Positions 51,928 through 62,045 are shown, counted from the stretch's first letter. The stretch: DNA of 64,000 nucleotides from an uncultured candidate division Zixibacteria bacterium (GCA_963711085.1 CAVQCT010000002.1:1227678-1291677); one strand, 5' to 3'. Numbers and translations: made by a program. Notes: generated from the sequence alone by a model not told the origin.

Positions 51928-52659
51928 ATGCGCTCCTTCTACCTGGCAAACCAGAAGAAAATCCTGTTTGTACTGTTCTCGATTTTCTTCTATTTCATTG
52001 TCGATTTGACGGCCGGCACTTTGGGTGGGCATTCACCGGCAAGCTCTGTAATTCTGTCTTTTCTCTCATACCTATTAATGTTCATTTCCTTTGTGCTACT
52101 TTGCCGAATGACAAAACTCAGGAGGCCGGTTGTCCTGTACGGAATCCTCTTGTATATCGGGCTCAGCACGATATACGGAACCTTTTCCGACCAGGCGAAA
52201 GCATCGATTTATTTACACACAAATCAAGCTGACATTGACTCGCTGACAAGATACGTATCTGAAGTGAAAAGAGAGGACGAATTCTTACGAGATCAATCGA
52301 CCGAGCCGTTCTACACGATCTACTATTGGGACGTCTTTTTCTCGAAACAGAAAAGGTCATTGGAAAGTGCGATGGACAGGCTGGGTATCTACATGATCAA
52401 GAAATACCCCGATCATGTCGAGTATGAGATCTCGGGGTATTCAAACAGGCAGCGATCTCTCTCCTTGGTTCAATTTGGTGCCGCACAGGACCACCTGATC
52501 CCTGAGAATGCGTATGCGAAAACTAAGTACTACGACTTGAACGGGTCCTGGGGATGCCAGAGTTGTACTTATAAAGTTCTGGATAGCTCCTATCTCTATT
52601 GGTGGGGGAACGTAAAGGACCGCAAGAAAGACGAACTTGCAGCCACTAAAGCTCCGTAG
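51928..52659 (+). CDS. Hypothetical membrane protein (3 N-terminal TM + soluble domain), AT-richer than surroundings
   Basis: 243-aa ORF with no motif I recognise. It is visibly lower in GC and bracketed by REP clusters. Confidence 0.45.
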   Translation: MRSFYLANQKKILFVLFSIFFYFIVDLTAGTLGGHSPASSVILSFLSYLLMFISFVLLCRMTKLRRPVVLYGILLYIGLSTIYGTFSDQAKASIYLHTNQADIDSLTRYVSEVKREDEFLRDQSTEPFYTIYYWDVFFSKQKRSLESAMDRLGIYMIKKYPDHVEYEISGYSNRQRSLSLVQFGAAQDHLIPENAYAKTKYYDLNGSWGCQSCTYKVLDSSYLYWWGNVKDRKKDELAATKAP

Positions 52660-52714
52660 GCAAGTCTCGGCCCGCTGGCCCATCCGAATGCGGTTGGTTT
52701 CTTCTTCAATCCCA

Positions 52715-52777
52715 ATGTCGGGTTTCTCCGTCGCACGCGTCTGACGACACGCGCTCTGTCGGAACGCCGACCTACGT
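52715..52777 (+). repeat. REP module B, second full copy
   Basis: 60 of 63 nt are identical to 51638..51700. Confidence 0.8.
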
Positions 52778-52813
52778 CAAGACAACATGCCCTCTGGCAT
52801 CGCTGGGATGGCC

Positions 52814-52835
52814 GGCTCGAAGACGAGGCCGCCCT
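52814..52835 (+). repeat. REP module A copy
   Basis: GGCTCGAAGACGAGGCCGCCCT. Confidence 0.75.
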
Positions 52836-52922
52836 GCCAAAGAACCGATCCATATCTCAAATCAAACCTCAGTTTCAAACGTAATAAGTAAAATCAAATC
52901 CCCCAGCCATAAGGAACACAGC

Positions 52923-53372
52923 ATGCCCGGAAAAGTCGAATTCCATCGCGTCCTCACCGCCCCGCCCGAAAGAGTCTACCGCGCTTTTGTCGATCCCGAT
53001 GCCATGGTGAAATGGCTCCCGCCCCACGGCTTCACAGCCAAAATGCTCGAAATGAACGCCAAAGTCGGCGGCCGGTACAGAATGTCGTTCACCAATTTTA
53101 CGACCGGCACAAGCAATTCTTTCGGCGGCACTTTCGTCGAGCTTGTGCCCAATGAAAAGATAGCCTACACCGACAAGTTCGATGACCCTAATTTGCCGGG
53201 CGAAATGCTCACGACCATCACGTTCAAGAAGGTCAGTTGTGGAACGGAGATTCGGATCGTTCAGCAAGGAATACCGGACGTCATCCCGGTGGAGATGTGT
53301 TACCTGGGCTGGCAGCAATCGCTGACCCTGCTGACGTTGTTGGTCGAGCCCGAGATCCCGGATCAGGGATAG
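52923..53372 (+). CDS. SRPBCC superfamily protein, AHSA1 (Aha1 C-terminal)-like
   Basis: 149-aa ORF. RVLTAPPERVYRAFVDPDAMVKWLPP...GGRYRMSF...GTFVELVPNEKIAYT is the typical AHSA1 pattern. Confidence 0.75.
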   Translation: MPGKVEFHRVLTAPPERVYRAFVDPDAMVKWLPPHGFTAKMLEMNAKVGGRYRMSFTNFTTGTSNSFGGTFVELVPNEKIAYTDKFDDPNLPGEMLTTITFKKVSCGTEIRIVQQGIPDVIPVEMCYLGWQQSLTLLTLLVEPEIPDQG

Positions 53373-53424
53373 AGTATGGCCATTCATGTCCGGGCAGAGG
53401 GTCCGCACACCGCGTGATGAGGAT

Positions 53425-53452
53425 GGCGGGCTCGAAGACGAAGCCGCCCTAC
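53425..53452 (+). repeat. REP module A copy
   Basis: GGCGGGCTCGAAGACGAAGCCGCCCTAC, with 1 mismatch to 51474..51501. Confidence 0.75.
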
Positions 53453-53458
53453 ATTGGA

Positions 53459-54409
53459 CTACTTCGTATCCACCTCTTTGAGAAACTTCCCAACGGCGTC
53501 AACATAATATGTGGAGTCATCATCCATCGCCAGATGTCCGGCGTTAGGAACGACAACAAGTTGCGAATTCGGTACGAGGTTCTGGTAATACTGGGTCGTT
53601 GCCGGAACCGCTTCGTCGTATTCCCCGCAAATGAAAAGCGTAGGAATCTTGATCTCAGGCAGATAGGCGGTACAATCATAATCCTTCAATGTCCCAGTCA
53701 GGGCGAATTCACTCGGCCCGTTCATGTAACCGTAAAGGGCCGGATTCATCTGCATGAAAGCACTGTCGATATCCGACGACCAGGGTTGTTTTCTCGCCAG
53801 ATACATAGAGTAAAACAGGCCCACCGCGTTCTGATAGTCCTGCGAATCAGTAGTGCCCGCGGCTTCGTTGTTGGCGATGACGGCCTGAACAGAATCGGGG
53901 AGAGTCATCTTGAGACTGTCTGCATCGTGGGACCAGCGAGGAATGCTGAGGGCCGGACCGGCCAGAATCACACTCTTTACGCCCCTGGGATTGGTCTTGA
54001 GATATTCCACCGCGAGAATAGAACCCCATGAGTGGCCGTAGATATCCACTTGCTTCAGGTCAAGATCCTGTCTGACCTGGGCCAGCTCATCGACAAACTG
54101 TGGAATCGTCCACTGGGTCGAGTCGGTGTTTCCTTCCGATTTACCGCAGCCGAGCTGATCATAGAAAATCACCGGACGATCCGCGCCGAGCCCGGCCAGC
54201 GGCTTAAGGTAGTAGCTGGGGACACCCGGACCACCATGGAGAACCAGCAGGGGAGTCCCGCTCCCGGTTCCGACAATGCGATACCAGACCTTGCCGCCAT
54301 GAATATTGAGAAAACCTTCGGTCGGTTTAAGCTGCTGTTTGGTGGAACATCCCAGGGAGAGAAGTAGAATCAGAGCGATTATCAAGAGGGCGGTCCATGC
54401 CTGCTTCAT
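53459..54409 (-). CDS. Alpha/beta hydrolase lipoprotein, proline iminopeptidase family
   Basis: The internal ATG 54409 follows AAGGAG. Lipobox LLSLGCS, oxyanion HGGPG and nucleophile elbow GHSWG. Confidence 0.8.
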   Translation of the reverse strand: MKQAWTALLIIALILLLSLGCSTKQQLKPTEGFLNIHGGKVWYRIVGTGSGTPLLVLHGGPGVPSYYLKPLAGLGADRPVIFYDQLGCGKSEGNTDSTQWTIPQFVDELAQVRQDLDLKQVDIYGHSWGSILAVEYLKTNPRGVKSVILAGPALSIPRWSHDADSLKMTLPDSVQAVIANNEAAGTTDSQDYQNAVGLFYSMYLARKQPWSSDIDSAFMQMNPALYGYMNGPSEFALTGTLKDYDCTAYLPEIKIPTLFICGEYDEAVPATTQYYQNLVPNSQLVVVPNAGHLAMDDDSTYYVDAVGKFLKEVDTK

Positions 54410-54560
54410 AGGGTCTCCTTTTTGACTCTTAGAGTAATTTATCGCATTGCCCAGCAATTGTGCCGGCAGACTTGCTCACGGAATTATACGGAGTAGCGGA
54501 GACGTATATTGGAGTCTTTGAGACCATTTACAGGAAGTGCGGAGGAGGCCGACGACTCGA

Positions 54561-56330
54561 TTAAATACCGATATCGATCTTGTCCCAGGAGAAGAGGATT
54601 TCGCCGTTCTCGCCTGTCGCGATCAACCGGGTCCCATCGGTATACAGATCGTACAGATAATTGTCACCGGAATATCTGAGCACCCAGCCCTGACCGGCGT
54701 CGTAAGTATACACTTCCTTGTTGTCCGTTATCGCTACATAGGCAAATCCGGTATTGACCAGTTTGAGAATATTCGCTGAAAGCCCCGGCGCGATCAGCTG
54801 CCAGGTGGAGCCGTCGGGCGAAGCCGCCACACCGCCGCCCAGGCCGGCAGCGACAAACTGATGACCGTCAAAGGTGATTGAATTTACGAAGAAGCTCAGT
54901 GTGGTATCGGTTGCCCAGGGATGGCCGGGGCGGGATACATAGATATCGGATCGGCTGTCGGATGCTACAATTGCCTGGTTGCCATAGGCGATTTGCGTAA
55001 ATGGACGGCCTGAATACGGAAAGGCCTTGAACCAGGCAGTACCGTTGGTCGACCAATAGACGCCGTTCTTCGGGAGATCTGTCGATGCCACCGTCGCATA
55101 CAATGTGTCGTGCACCGTCGTCATTTCGTATATGTCAGAAATGTTGGTGACCTCGTTGGTGAACGAAACGCCGTCGGTGGATACGTCGACCGTGTTGTTC
55201 CGGTAGAAGAGAAGTTGACTGGATGTACTGTAGCCGAAAGTGTACCCGTCGGTCGCGGCATCGCTGACGTATTTGAATCTCCAGTTACGGCCTGTCTGCG
55301 ACATTCCCCAGACAGACTGGCCCAGCGTGTAGTAGTTGTCTTTCCATTTGAACAGGTGATTCAGCGGGTAAATCATCGTGCCTGTTGAACAGGTATCCCA
55401 GTCACCCGAGGTATTGGTAAATACATCGCCGTTCAGCCACACGGTTACCGCCGTACTGCCCAACCCTGCCGCGCTGAAAGGGGGCCAGAATCTTCCGAAA
55501 TTCACCACACTCCAGGTATAGCCGTCATGGGAAGCGCAAATGTTCGGGCCTTCAAAGGAATAGAACTGACCGCCCGCAAATTGCGGGTCCTGAGCGGTCA
55601 ATCCAGGATGGTCGACTTCGGCCGACCTCACCCAGTGCACGCCGTCGTATGATCGATAGATGAGGTTTGCCCTACCGAATACGATGAAAATCGAATCGGA
55701 TGATTCGATATATGTCAGCCCGCTTGTGGTATCGACCCGGTTCCATCCGCTACCGTAGATGGAGCGATAGATCCCCGTGCTCAAGACGGCCACCCAGATA
55801 CTGTCTTTGACCGCGAGGTCAGAGATGGTACCGTCGAGATCGACTGTCTCAGGCTGAAATGTAAAACTGTCTCGTGATCGGAGAAAAAACGGCTGTCCGG
55901 GTAAAACGATGACCGGATCGGGAGTCCGCTTCACGAATCGGGCGTCAGGGTAGGCCGTGTTGCCGATCTGCATAAATCCGATCTGGAGCCCGCTGCGATA
56001 GATATTGCCGTTGTCAGCCAACACGTAGAAGTAATTGTTGCAGTACGATACCGAAGTGAAGTTGGGGAAACCTTTCTGGTTCCCACCGCTCCATTGAATG
56101 CCATCGTTTGAGCCTACCGCATAGCCGCTGTCACCGACCGCCAAATAGAAGGTCGGACCGCGAACGACGTCGTGCAGACGATACGAGGCCGCGCGGTCCC
56201 AGACCGCGCCAAGGAGGAATTGACCGGTGTCGCCACCCCGGCCGGTCGGATTGGAGTCACCGCAGCCGGCCATGACCAGGGCGATAGCCAGAGCGAGGAG
56301 GCCGAGTTCCAATCGGTATGTATTCTTCAT
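54561..56330 (-). CDS. BNR/Asp-box repeat beta-propeller lipoprotein
   Basis: ATG 56330 and lipobox LVMAGCG. Multiple S-x-D-G-x-x-W repeats are present (SNDGIQW, SYDGVHW, SHDGYTW, STDGVSF, STNGTAW, SPDGSTW). Confidence 0.6.
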   Translation of the reverse strand: MKNTYRLELGLLALAIALVMAGCGDSNPTGRGGDTGQFLLGAVWDRAASYRLHDVVRGPTFYLAVGDSGYAVGSNDGIQWSGGNQKGFPNFTSVSYCNNYFYVLADNGNIYRSGLQIGFMQIGNTAYPDARFVKRTPDPVIVLPGQPFFLRSRDSFTFQPETVDLDGTISDLAVKDSIWVAVLSTGIYRSIYGSGWNRVDTTSGLTYIESSDSIFIVFGRANLIYRSYDGVHWVRSAEVDHPGLTAQDPQFAGGQFYSFEGPNICASHDGYTWSVVNFGRFWPPFSAAGLGSTAVTVWLNGDVFTNTSGDWDTCSTGTMIYPLNHLFKWKDNYYTLGQSVWGMSQTGRNWRFKYVSDAATDGYTFGYSTSSQLLFYRNNTVDVSTDGVSFTNEVTNISDIYEMTTVHDTLYATVASTDLPKNGVYWSTNGTAWFKAFPYSGRPFTQIAYGNQAIVASDSRSDIYVSRPGHPWATDTTLSFFVNSITFDGHQFVAAGLGGGVAASPDGSTWQLIAPGLSANILKLVNTGFAYVAITDNKEVYTYDAGQGWVLRYSGDNYLYDLYTDGTRLIATGENGEILFSWDKIDIGI

Positions 56331-56455
56331 GAGACAGCCCTTATGCATTTGCGTTTCCCTTGTATCCAAAATACCATCTCCACGCAGTCATGTCAAGGTG
56401 GACGCTGCATACCATGTACCGTCGAGAAGAATGTGGCCTATCAGTCGCGAACAGG

Positions 56456-57013
56456 TTATTGAACCGCTTCCTCGCAATAATACCAGTCCCGGACGAGATG
56501 CCGGGGCTCGACGTGGATCCAGTGAAGACCAAGATTATAGAGTATTTGATGCGAAGGAGCTGAATCCGGTGAATAGATTAGACATCCCTGGGAGTTGAAG
56601 TCGTCATTCGCTATCATTAGAGCCAGCGCATTGTTGTTCGTACAGGAGGCATGCACCCCGACCGCCTGCAAAACAGAGTCAGGCGAGGTCGCGTTAGGCG
56701 ATGGCTTAATTACAGATTCCAACGTTTCGCCGTGTCGCGCCAGGTAGAGCCGATAGCCAAGCCATTCGCTTTCCGATTCAAGGTTTATCCAGGCAACGGT
56801 GAGAAGCAGTAACAGGACGAGGCCTGCCAGCTTGTGATGTTTCTGTCGCAGTGAAATCGCTGAAAACATGCCGAACGTTACAAATCCAAAAAAACCAAGA
56901 AAATCAGTAATGAACCCTAGGCCGGTTCCAAGCAGAAACCAGTCGGCAGTGAGCATGGCAAGAAATGAAAATACGAAAAGCACGCGCACGGAGATAGAAG
57001 TAATCCGGGTCAT
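56456..57013 (-). CDS. Hypothetical membrane protein
   Basis: 185-aa ORF with three predicted N-terminal TM segments and no recognisable motif. Confidence 0.4.
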   Translation of the reverse strand: MTRITSISVRVLFVFSFLAMLTADWFLLGTGLGFITDFLGFFGFVTFGMFSAISLRQKHHKLAGLVLLLLLTVAWINLESESEWLGYRLYLARHGETLESVIKPSPNATSPDSVLQAVGVHASCTNNNALALMIANDDFNSQGCLIYSPDSAPSHQILYNLGLHWIHVEPRHLVRDWYYCEEAVQ

Positions 57014-57241
57014 AAGATCCCCACTTTCTGTGATCGCAGAAAAGGCTCTGCAACCGGCGGCTATGAAATCCGCTCAGCCCTTTACTACCAGTTTACGATA
57101 CGTTCATGCACGGGCAGCCTGTCCCGATGAGATGAATATAAGGAAATGGAGTGTGGAGTCAATGATAAATGGTAAAATTGCGATGATGAACCAACAAGGA
57201 ATTGTCAAATCAAGGGGGATGTGGGCAATTGAGTAAAGGAC

Positions 57242-57736
57242 TTACCCCTTAACTTCCCCTCTTAACCCAAACGCCTTTCCGTCAACCGCCCGCTGGGTGG
57301 CGAGGATACCGTCGAGATGGTCGTACTCGTGCTGAATTAGTTCAGACATATCATCGGCAAGCTCCCAGCGAACTTCTTTCCAATCGAGATTCCGATATGT
57401 CAGGGTGCACTTTTTGTGTCGCTTCACCCGGACCATCAGGTCAGGAAACGACATGCAGTCGTCCCAGAGTTCGATCATTTCTTCGCTGAGATTTTCCAGC
57501 ACCGGATTGATGATGACCACCGGTTCATCGATACGCATATAGATCAACCGTTTCATAACGCCAATTTGCGGCGCAGCAATCGCTCGGCCATAGCCGAAAG
57601 CCCGCTGGAAATGCGTGATCGTGTCATCGAGATCGGTTACGGCCCGTCTGATCGACCCCAATTCATCGTGCGAGACCGGGGAAGAGAGTTCATACAGCTT
57701 TGGATTGCCTAAGAGAAGGATTGATTTGACGGACAT
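57242..57736 (-). CDS. def: Peptide deformylase
   Basis: Three PDF motifs: GRAIAAPQIG, CMSFPD (the EGCLS equivalent) and HEYDHLDG. Confidence 0.9.
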   Translation of the reverse strand: MSVKSILLLGNPKLYELSSPVSHDELGSIRRAVTDLDDTITHFQRAFGYGRAIAAPQIGVMKRLIYMRIDEPVVIINPVLENLSEEMIELWDDCMSFPDLMVRVKRHKKCTLTYRNLDWKEVRWELADDMSELIQHEYDHLDGILATQRAVDGKAFGLRGEVKG

Positions 57737-57892
57737 GATATACCCAACAAGAAATGTTCCCTGTCTCCTTCATCCCCGACTGCGGCAAAACCACTACGGT
57801 TTTGGCATCATATTCTCAAAGATTGCCACTACTGCGCGTCAAGGGCCAGTTCTAAGAACGATTTGCCCTGCACTTACATAGATAATCAGAAT

Positions 57893-58321
57893 CTACATCA
57901 CGCCGGGGATGGTCTTTCGGATGAACCGCTTTCTTACTTTCGCCGCAATCTGGTTGGAGGTCATCTTGTCGGCCGGTTCGACCGCGACAATTTTGCCGGC
58001 GATTCCGTTCGTCTTCTGCATTTCCTTCACCAGTTCGTTCTTGGCCTCTCCGGGGCCAAAAATGTAAATGCGGCTGGCGCTCTTGAGTTCGGTCATAATG
58101 CGGTGATAATAGTTGCGAAGCTCCGCCTGGCGGCGATGCTGGATGGTCTTTTCCTGTGAAAATTCCTGAAGGCCGTATCCCGTCGGTGATTTGGTTTTCC
58201 CCTGCTGGACCTCTATATCCTCGTGAGTAGCGAGAATCTCCTTGGCGCTTTCTTCCGAGTCGACTATTTGGACCAGATATGCCCTCTTGTGATCGACCCA
58301 CATCCCCACGGATTTATCCAT
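57893..58321 (-). CDS. Hypothetical protein, possibly host-attachment-protein / eRF1-domain-like
   Basis: 142-aa ORF. The MWVDHKRAYLVQI ... RIYIFGPGEAKNELVKEM ... ADKMTSNQIAAKV layout resembles the host attachment protein (baeRF-like) family. This is a weak by-eye call. Confidence 0.35.
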   Translation of the reverse strand: MDKSVGMWVDHKRAYLVQIVDSEESAKEILATHEDIEVQQGKTKSPTGYGLQEFSQEKTIQHRRQAELRNYYHRIMTELKSASRIYIFGPGEAKNELVKEMQKTNGIAGKIVAVEPADKMTSNQIAAKVRKRFIRKTIPGVM

Positions 58322-58443
58322 ACTTCCTCCTTCATGCGAACTCGTTCATTAAGTTGCTGATTGCGGGAATCAGACTGTATCCGATACCTATCTAACAAAC
58401 GAACGAGGCGGACAGTTGCAACAATCGAATCGGTGCGCCAAAT

Positions 58444-59199
58444 ATGCTTGAGGAAATGGTCGTCCCCGCATATTTTCACTGTTCGGATGCGTTCGGGCAA
58501 CGTATATTTCCGGCCATGGCTTCACAATCAGGCAAAACCGATCTGTTGGTACTGGGGACGCTCCATCTGGACGAGCGCAAAGCGCCGTTTTATATTCGTC
58601 GTCTGAAAGAGGTAATCGAACTGCTGGCGCCCGCCGTCATCTGCTCTGAACTTAGCCCGGAACAATTGGCCGGAGAAATGGCCACCGGATCGAAACCGGA
58701 GTACGAGGCAGCAATCCTTCCGACCGCCAGGAGGCTGGATATCCCGGTGGTTCCCATGCCTCCGAAACTTGAAGACGGGCGAGAGCTGGAGGACCGGCTT
58801 CAAGAAATAGAGCACAAGATTGCCGATGACGTCCTTCTCAAGACCCGTATGGACATGATCGAGCTGCTTGTGGCGAAAAGCTACAGCCGATTGTACGAGC
58901 TGGTCCGTCAACCGGACGCGCTCGATCTGGTGCAGGCCGAAGCCTATCATCTGCTGTCGGTGGCGCCCAGACACGATGTGCTCGAGTCGTTCTTTCCCGA
59001 CTTCCACCATATCTGGACCGAGTGGAACGAGCGGTATTTCAAAAGGATAATCGAAACGGTCGGTCAGTATCCCGGGAAGCTGGTGCTGGTGACAATAGGG
59101 CTGGATCACAAGTACTGGCTTGACAGGAAACTCAGCGAGATCAGCTACATTCATTTGCGACGGTTGAGTGATTTTTCCCAAAATCCGGAGAAGGCCTGA
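58444..59199 (+). CDS. Hypothetical protein, Tiki/TraB/ChaN-superfamily-like (DUF5694-like)
   Basis: [12 protein letters not shown] and the later acidic/His residues resemble erythromycin-esterase/Tiki-type folds. The start is uncertain, and the stop overlaps the next ATG (TGATG). Confidence 0.4.
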   Translation: MLEEMVVPAYFHCSDAFGQRIFPAMASQSGKTDLLVLGTLHLDERKAPFYIRRLKEVIELLAPAVICSELSPEQLAGEMATGSKPEYEAAILPTARRLDIPVVPMPPKLEDGRELEDRLQEIEHKIADDVLLKTRMDMIELLVAKSYSRLYELVRQPDALDLVQAEAYHLLSVAPRHDVLESFFPDFHHIWTEWNERYFKRIIETVGQYPGKLVLVTIGLDHKYWLDRKLSEISYIHLRRLSDFSQNPEKA

Positions 59200-59903
59200 T
59201 GCGGTCGAATCGAGGCAAGGAAAGCGGGGGCCGACGGACGAATTCCCGGCCGGGACCAAAGGCTAAGCCAGGACCGAGACCAAAGCCCGTACAAAAGCCC
59301 GCGTCAGGGTCAAGGCCAAAGCCCGTGCCGCGGCCGGGACCGGGGGAGAGACGCGAACGGACCTTCCATGTTAGAGATGTCGAGCGGGTGAAGCCCCGCT
59401 CCGAAGATGATCTCTATCGCCTGATAGCAGATTCACCCACTCCCGGTCTGCTTCTGATTCTCGACAATGTACAGGATCCGCATAATCTGGGGGCCTGCCT
59501 GCGCTCGGCCGATGCCGCCGGTGTCCTTGCCGTGGTTGCTCCCAAAGATCGCTCAGCGGCCATTACAGACGCTGTCAGAAGGATTTCTACGGGCGGTGCA
59601 GACAATGTACCGTTCGTACAGGTGACCAATCTGGCACGAACGATGGCTCAATTGAAAGAAGCCGGTTACTGGCTGGTCGGTACGGCAGATCAGGCAACGC
59701 AGTCTATCTACGATCTCGACCTTAGCGGTCCTATCGCGATCGTAATGGGCAACGAAGGAGAGGGCCTCAGGCGACTCACGATGGAATCATGCGATCACCT
59801 GGTAAAAATCCCGATGCATGGCCGCGTCGAATGCCTGAATGTTTCGGTGGCCACCGGTGTCTGTTTGTTCGAAGCGGTCAGGCAGCGGAGTCATCGCAAA
59901 TAG
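59199..59903 (+). CDS. SpoU/TrmH-family RNA 2'-O-methyltransferase with Pro/Lys/Arg-rich N-terminal extension
   Basis: The SPOUT core has [27 protein letters not shown] and [18 protein letters not shown]. The first ~55 aa are low-complexity ([32 protein letters not shown]). Confidence 0.75.
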   Translation: MRSNRGKESGGRRTNSRPGPKAKPGPRPKPVQKPASGSRPKPVPRPGPGERRERTFHVRDVERVKPRSEDDLYRLIADSPTPGLLLILDNVQDPHNLGACLRSADAAGVLAVVAPKDRSAAITDAVRRISTGGADNVPFVQVTNLARTMAQLKEAGYWLVGTADQATQSIYDLDLSGPIAIVMGNEGEGLRRLTMESCDHLVKIPMHGRVECLNVSVATGVCLFEAVRQRSHRK

Positions 59904-59966
59904 GATCAGGACTCGACCGAAACTCGAGTCGTTTCATCGTATCGGAATCAGGAATAATTAGCAACC

Positions 59967-60677
59967 ATGCTCGCAGGACATTTCGGAGCAGCCCTCGCTT
60001 TGAGCGGAGCAGAGAGGCGAGTAAACCTGGGCTATATGACGCTCGCGGCGCTATGGCTCGATATTGTTCTCTGGGCTTTGGTCTTATTGGGAGCCGAGAG
60101 GGTAGTAATACCGAGTGATTACAGTCATCTCCATTATCTGACATTTATCTTTCCGTACTCACACGGGCTGGCATCCGCGCTTGCCTGGGCTCTACTTGGA
60201 TCGGGGATTGCCTGGATCCTGGCTCGACGTTCGTCGCGACGCAATCGCATTGTTCTGGCAATAGGTCTGGCCGTTTTCTCTCATTGGCTGCTCGATCTGC
60301 TCGTGCACATCCCGGAACTCCCGCTTTTTGGCGCTAAATCTACTCATCTAGGACTTTCTCTCTGGAACAGCTTGCCTGTGGCGATGGTCACTGAGGGAAT
60401 CATTGTCATTGGAGGACTGGTCTGCTATCAGCTGAGAATGAAGCCCGGATCTCTCCGATCGACCTTGATAATTTCTTTTGCACTGATGCTGACGGCCGGA
60501 ACCGTGGCGGGGCAGCTGTTTGCACCACCGCCTCCGTCAACCGGCCAGTTGGCCCTGATGTCTCTGATTACCAATCTCATAATTGTTGCTGTTGCGTTTG
60601 TGCTGGGTGAGAAGCCACGCAGTGACGGGTCAGTAAAAAAAGCCCTGCCTGAGGGAGGAATGGCAGGGCCAACGTGA
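59967..60677 (+). CDS. Integral membrane protein, YdjM/DUF457-like (putative membrane-bound metal-dependent hydrolase)
   Basis: 236-aa polytopic ORF with an SHWLLDLLVH motif reminiscent of DUF457. Weak call. Confidence 0.4.
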   Translation: MLAGHFGAALALSGAERRVNLGYMTLAALWLDIVLWALVLLGAERVVIPSDYSHLHYLTFIFPYSHGLASALAWALLGSGIAWILARRSSRRNRIVLAIGLAVFSHWLLDLLVHIPELPLFGAKSTHLGLSLWNSLPVAMVTEGIIVIGGLVCYQLRMKPGSLRSTLIISFALMLTAGTVAGQLFAPPPPSTGQLALMSLITNLIIVAVAFVLGEKPRSDGSVKKALPEGGMAGPT

Positions 60678-60862
60678 AAATACTCATCTGTTACCAGATG
60701 AAATCTGACTCGGCTTGACTGGTAGTCATCGAAAATGTAACACGATGTTGAAAATTTGTCAACCCTCCGAAGCCGCCTCGTCAGCGGATTATCGTTTGTG
60801 TCATCGACCCTCATATAGTATCTACACCCGGAGCGACAGGCAACCAAACTGAGAGGGTATCC

Positions 60863-61258
60863 GTGAAACCGATTCTTCTGGCCGGAACGATAATCGTCAC
60901 CGCCGCTTTGATAAGCTACTCGATTGCGATCATCACCGAACAACGACGACACTTCATTTCAAATCGGGTGCTCACGTTTCTCACGATCGGCGTGATTTGC
61001 GATATCACGGCCACGACTTGTATGATAATCGGATCTGAAAACTCTCCGTTCACTTTGCACGGAATACTCGGGTATTCGTCGCTCGCGGCGATGATCGTTG
61101 ACACTCTGTTGATCTGGCGATTCCGTCTGAGCCGTGGGGCAGAAGAACGAGTTTCAAAAGCGCTGCATACCTACTCCCGAATCGCCTACCTCTGGTGGAT
61201 CGTTGCTTACCTCACCGGCGGAATGATCGTGGCCCTGAACCATGCCGGGGCCTCCTGA
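60863..61258 (+). CDS. Small 4-TM membrane protein (HsmA/TIGR03987-like)
   Basis: 131-aa ORF. ALISYSIAIITEQRR...FLTIGVICDITATTCMI resembles that family. GTG start. Confidence 0.45.
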   Translation: MKPILLAGTIIVTAALISYSIAIITEQRRHFISNRVLTFLTIGVICDITATTCMIIGSENSPFTLHGILGYSSLAAMIVDTLLIWRFRLSRGAEERVSKALHTYSRIAYLWWIVAYLTGGMIVALNHAGAS

Positions 61259-61374
61259 CTTAGTCGATGCTTTACACCCAGTTTCAGGAACTAGCATGTT
61301 TCTGTGCTGTTATATCTCCGAGAGAGAAAATCCACGTTAGCAAAACAGTCAAAAACAGTCAAAAGGAGAGCCGC

Positions 61375-61971
61375 ATGTTCAATCGAGTCGCTCAGGCATT
61401 GTTACTCACCGCGTTATTGGCAAGCGGGACAATGGCCGGGACCTGGAAAGCTGACCCGAATCACTCATCGGTCGGATTCAGCGTCCGACACATGGTCATT
61501 TCAAACGTCAAAGGGGAATTTAAGACATTTCAGGGGGAAGCTGAGTTCGATCCGACTGATCTGTCCAAAGGATCGGCGAAATTCACCATCGATGTTCCCT
61601 CGATCAGTACCGACAACGACCGCCGCGACAGCCACCTGAAGAGTCCGGATTTTTTCGACGCCGAGAAGTTTCCGCAGATCACATTTGTCTCGACTGGAGT
61701 CTCCGACATTCAGGGGGAGAGCTTCAAGCTCAGCGGCAATCTGACCATCAAGGATGTCACCAAACCGGTGACCTTTGACTGCGTGTACAACGGTTCCATC
61801 AAGGACAGTCAGGGAAATATGCACGCCGGTTTTTCGGCCACGACCAAGCTGAATCGGATGGATTACAATATCATGTGGGATAAGACGCTCGACACCGGTG
61901 GCCTGGTGGCGGGCAACGAAGTCGCGATTGACCTTGAGCTTGAAATGATTCAGTCGGCCGAAAGCAAATAG
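61375..61971 (+). CDS. yceI: YceI family periplasmic protein
   Basis: ATG 61375 follows AAGGAG. After the signal peptide come WKADPNHSSVGFSVRHMVISNVKGEF and RDSHLKSPDFFD, the YceI hallmarks. Confidence 0.85.
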   Translation: MFNRVAQALLLTALLASGTMAGTWKADPNHSSVGFSVRHMVISNVKGEFKTFQGEAEFDPTDLSKGSAKFTIDVPSISTDNDRRDSHLKSPDFFDAEKFPQITFVSTGVSDIQGESFKLSGNLTIKDVTKPVTFDCVYNGSIKDSQGNMHAGFSATTKLNRMDYNIMWDKTLDTGGLVAGNEVAIDLELEMIQSAESK

Positions 61972-62007
61972 CTCCTTCGTCCCGAATCTTAAATTGAACG
62001 CACTAGA

Positions 62008-62035
62008 CCGACGGCCCCCGTCGGGCTTTTCGTTT
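62008..62035 (+). terminator. Hairpin terminator after yceI
   Basis: CCGACGG-CCC-CCGTCGG followed by GCTTTTCGTTT. Confidence 0.5.
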
Positions 62036-62045
62036 GCGACTCCGC

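Noticed and set aside
50817-53452. Whether the repeated 22-63-nt elements form a CRISPR array.
   Set aside because: The repeats are of two different modules and in mixed orientation. They have irregular spacing (tens to >800 nt) and protein-coding genes between them, and they are hairpin palindromes next to a RAYT gene. This is a REP array, not CRISPR. No cas genes are present.
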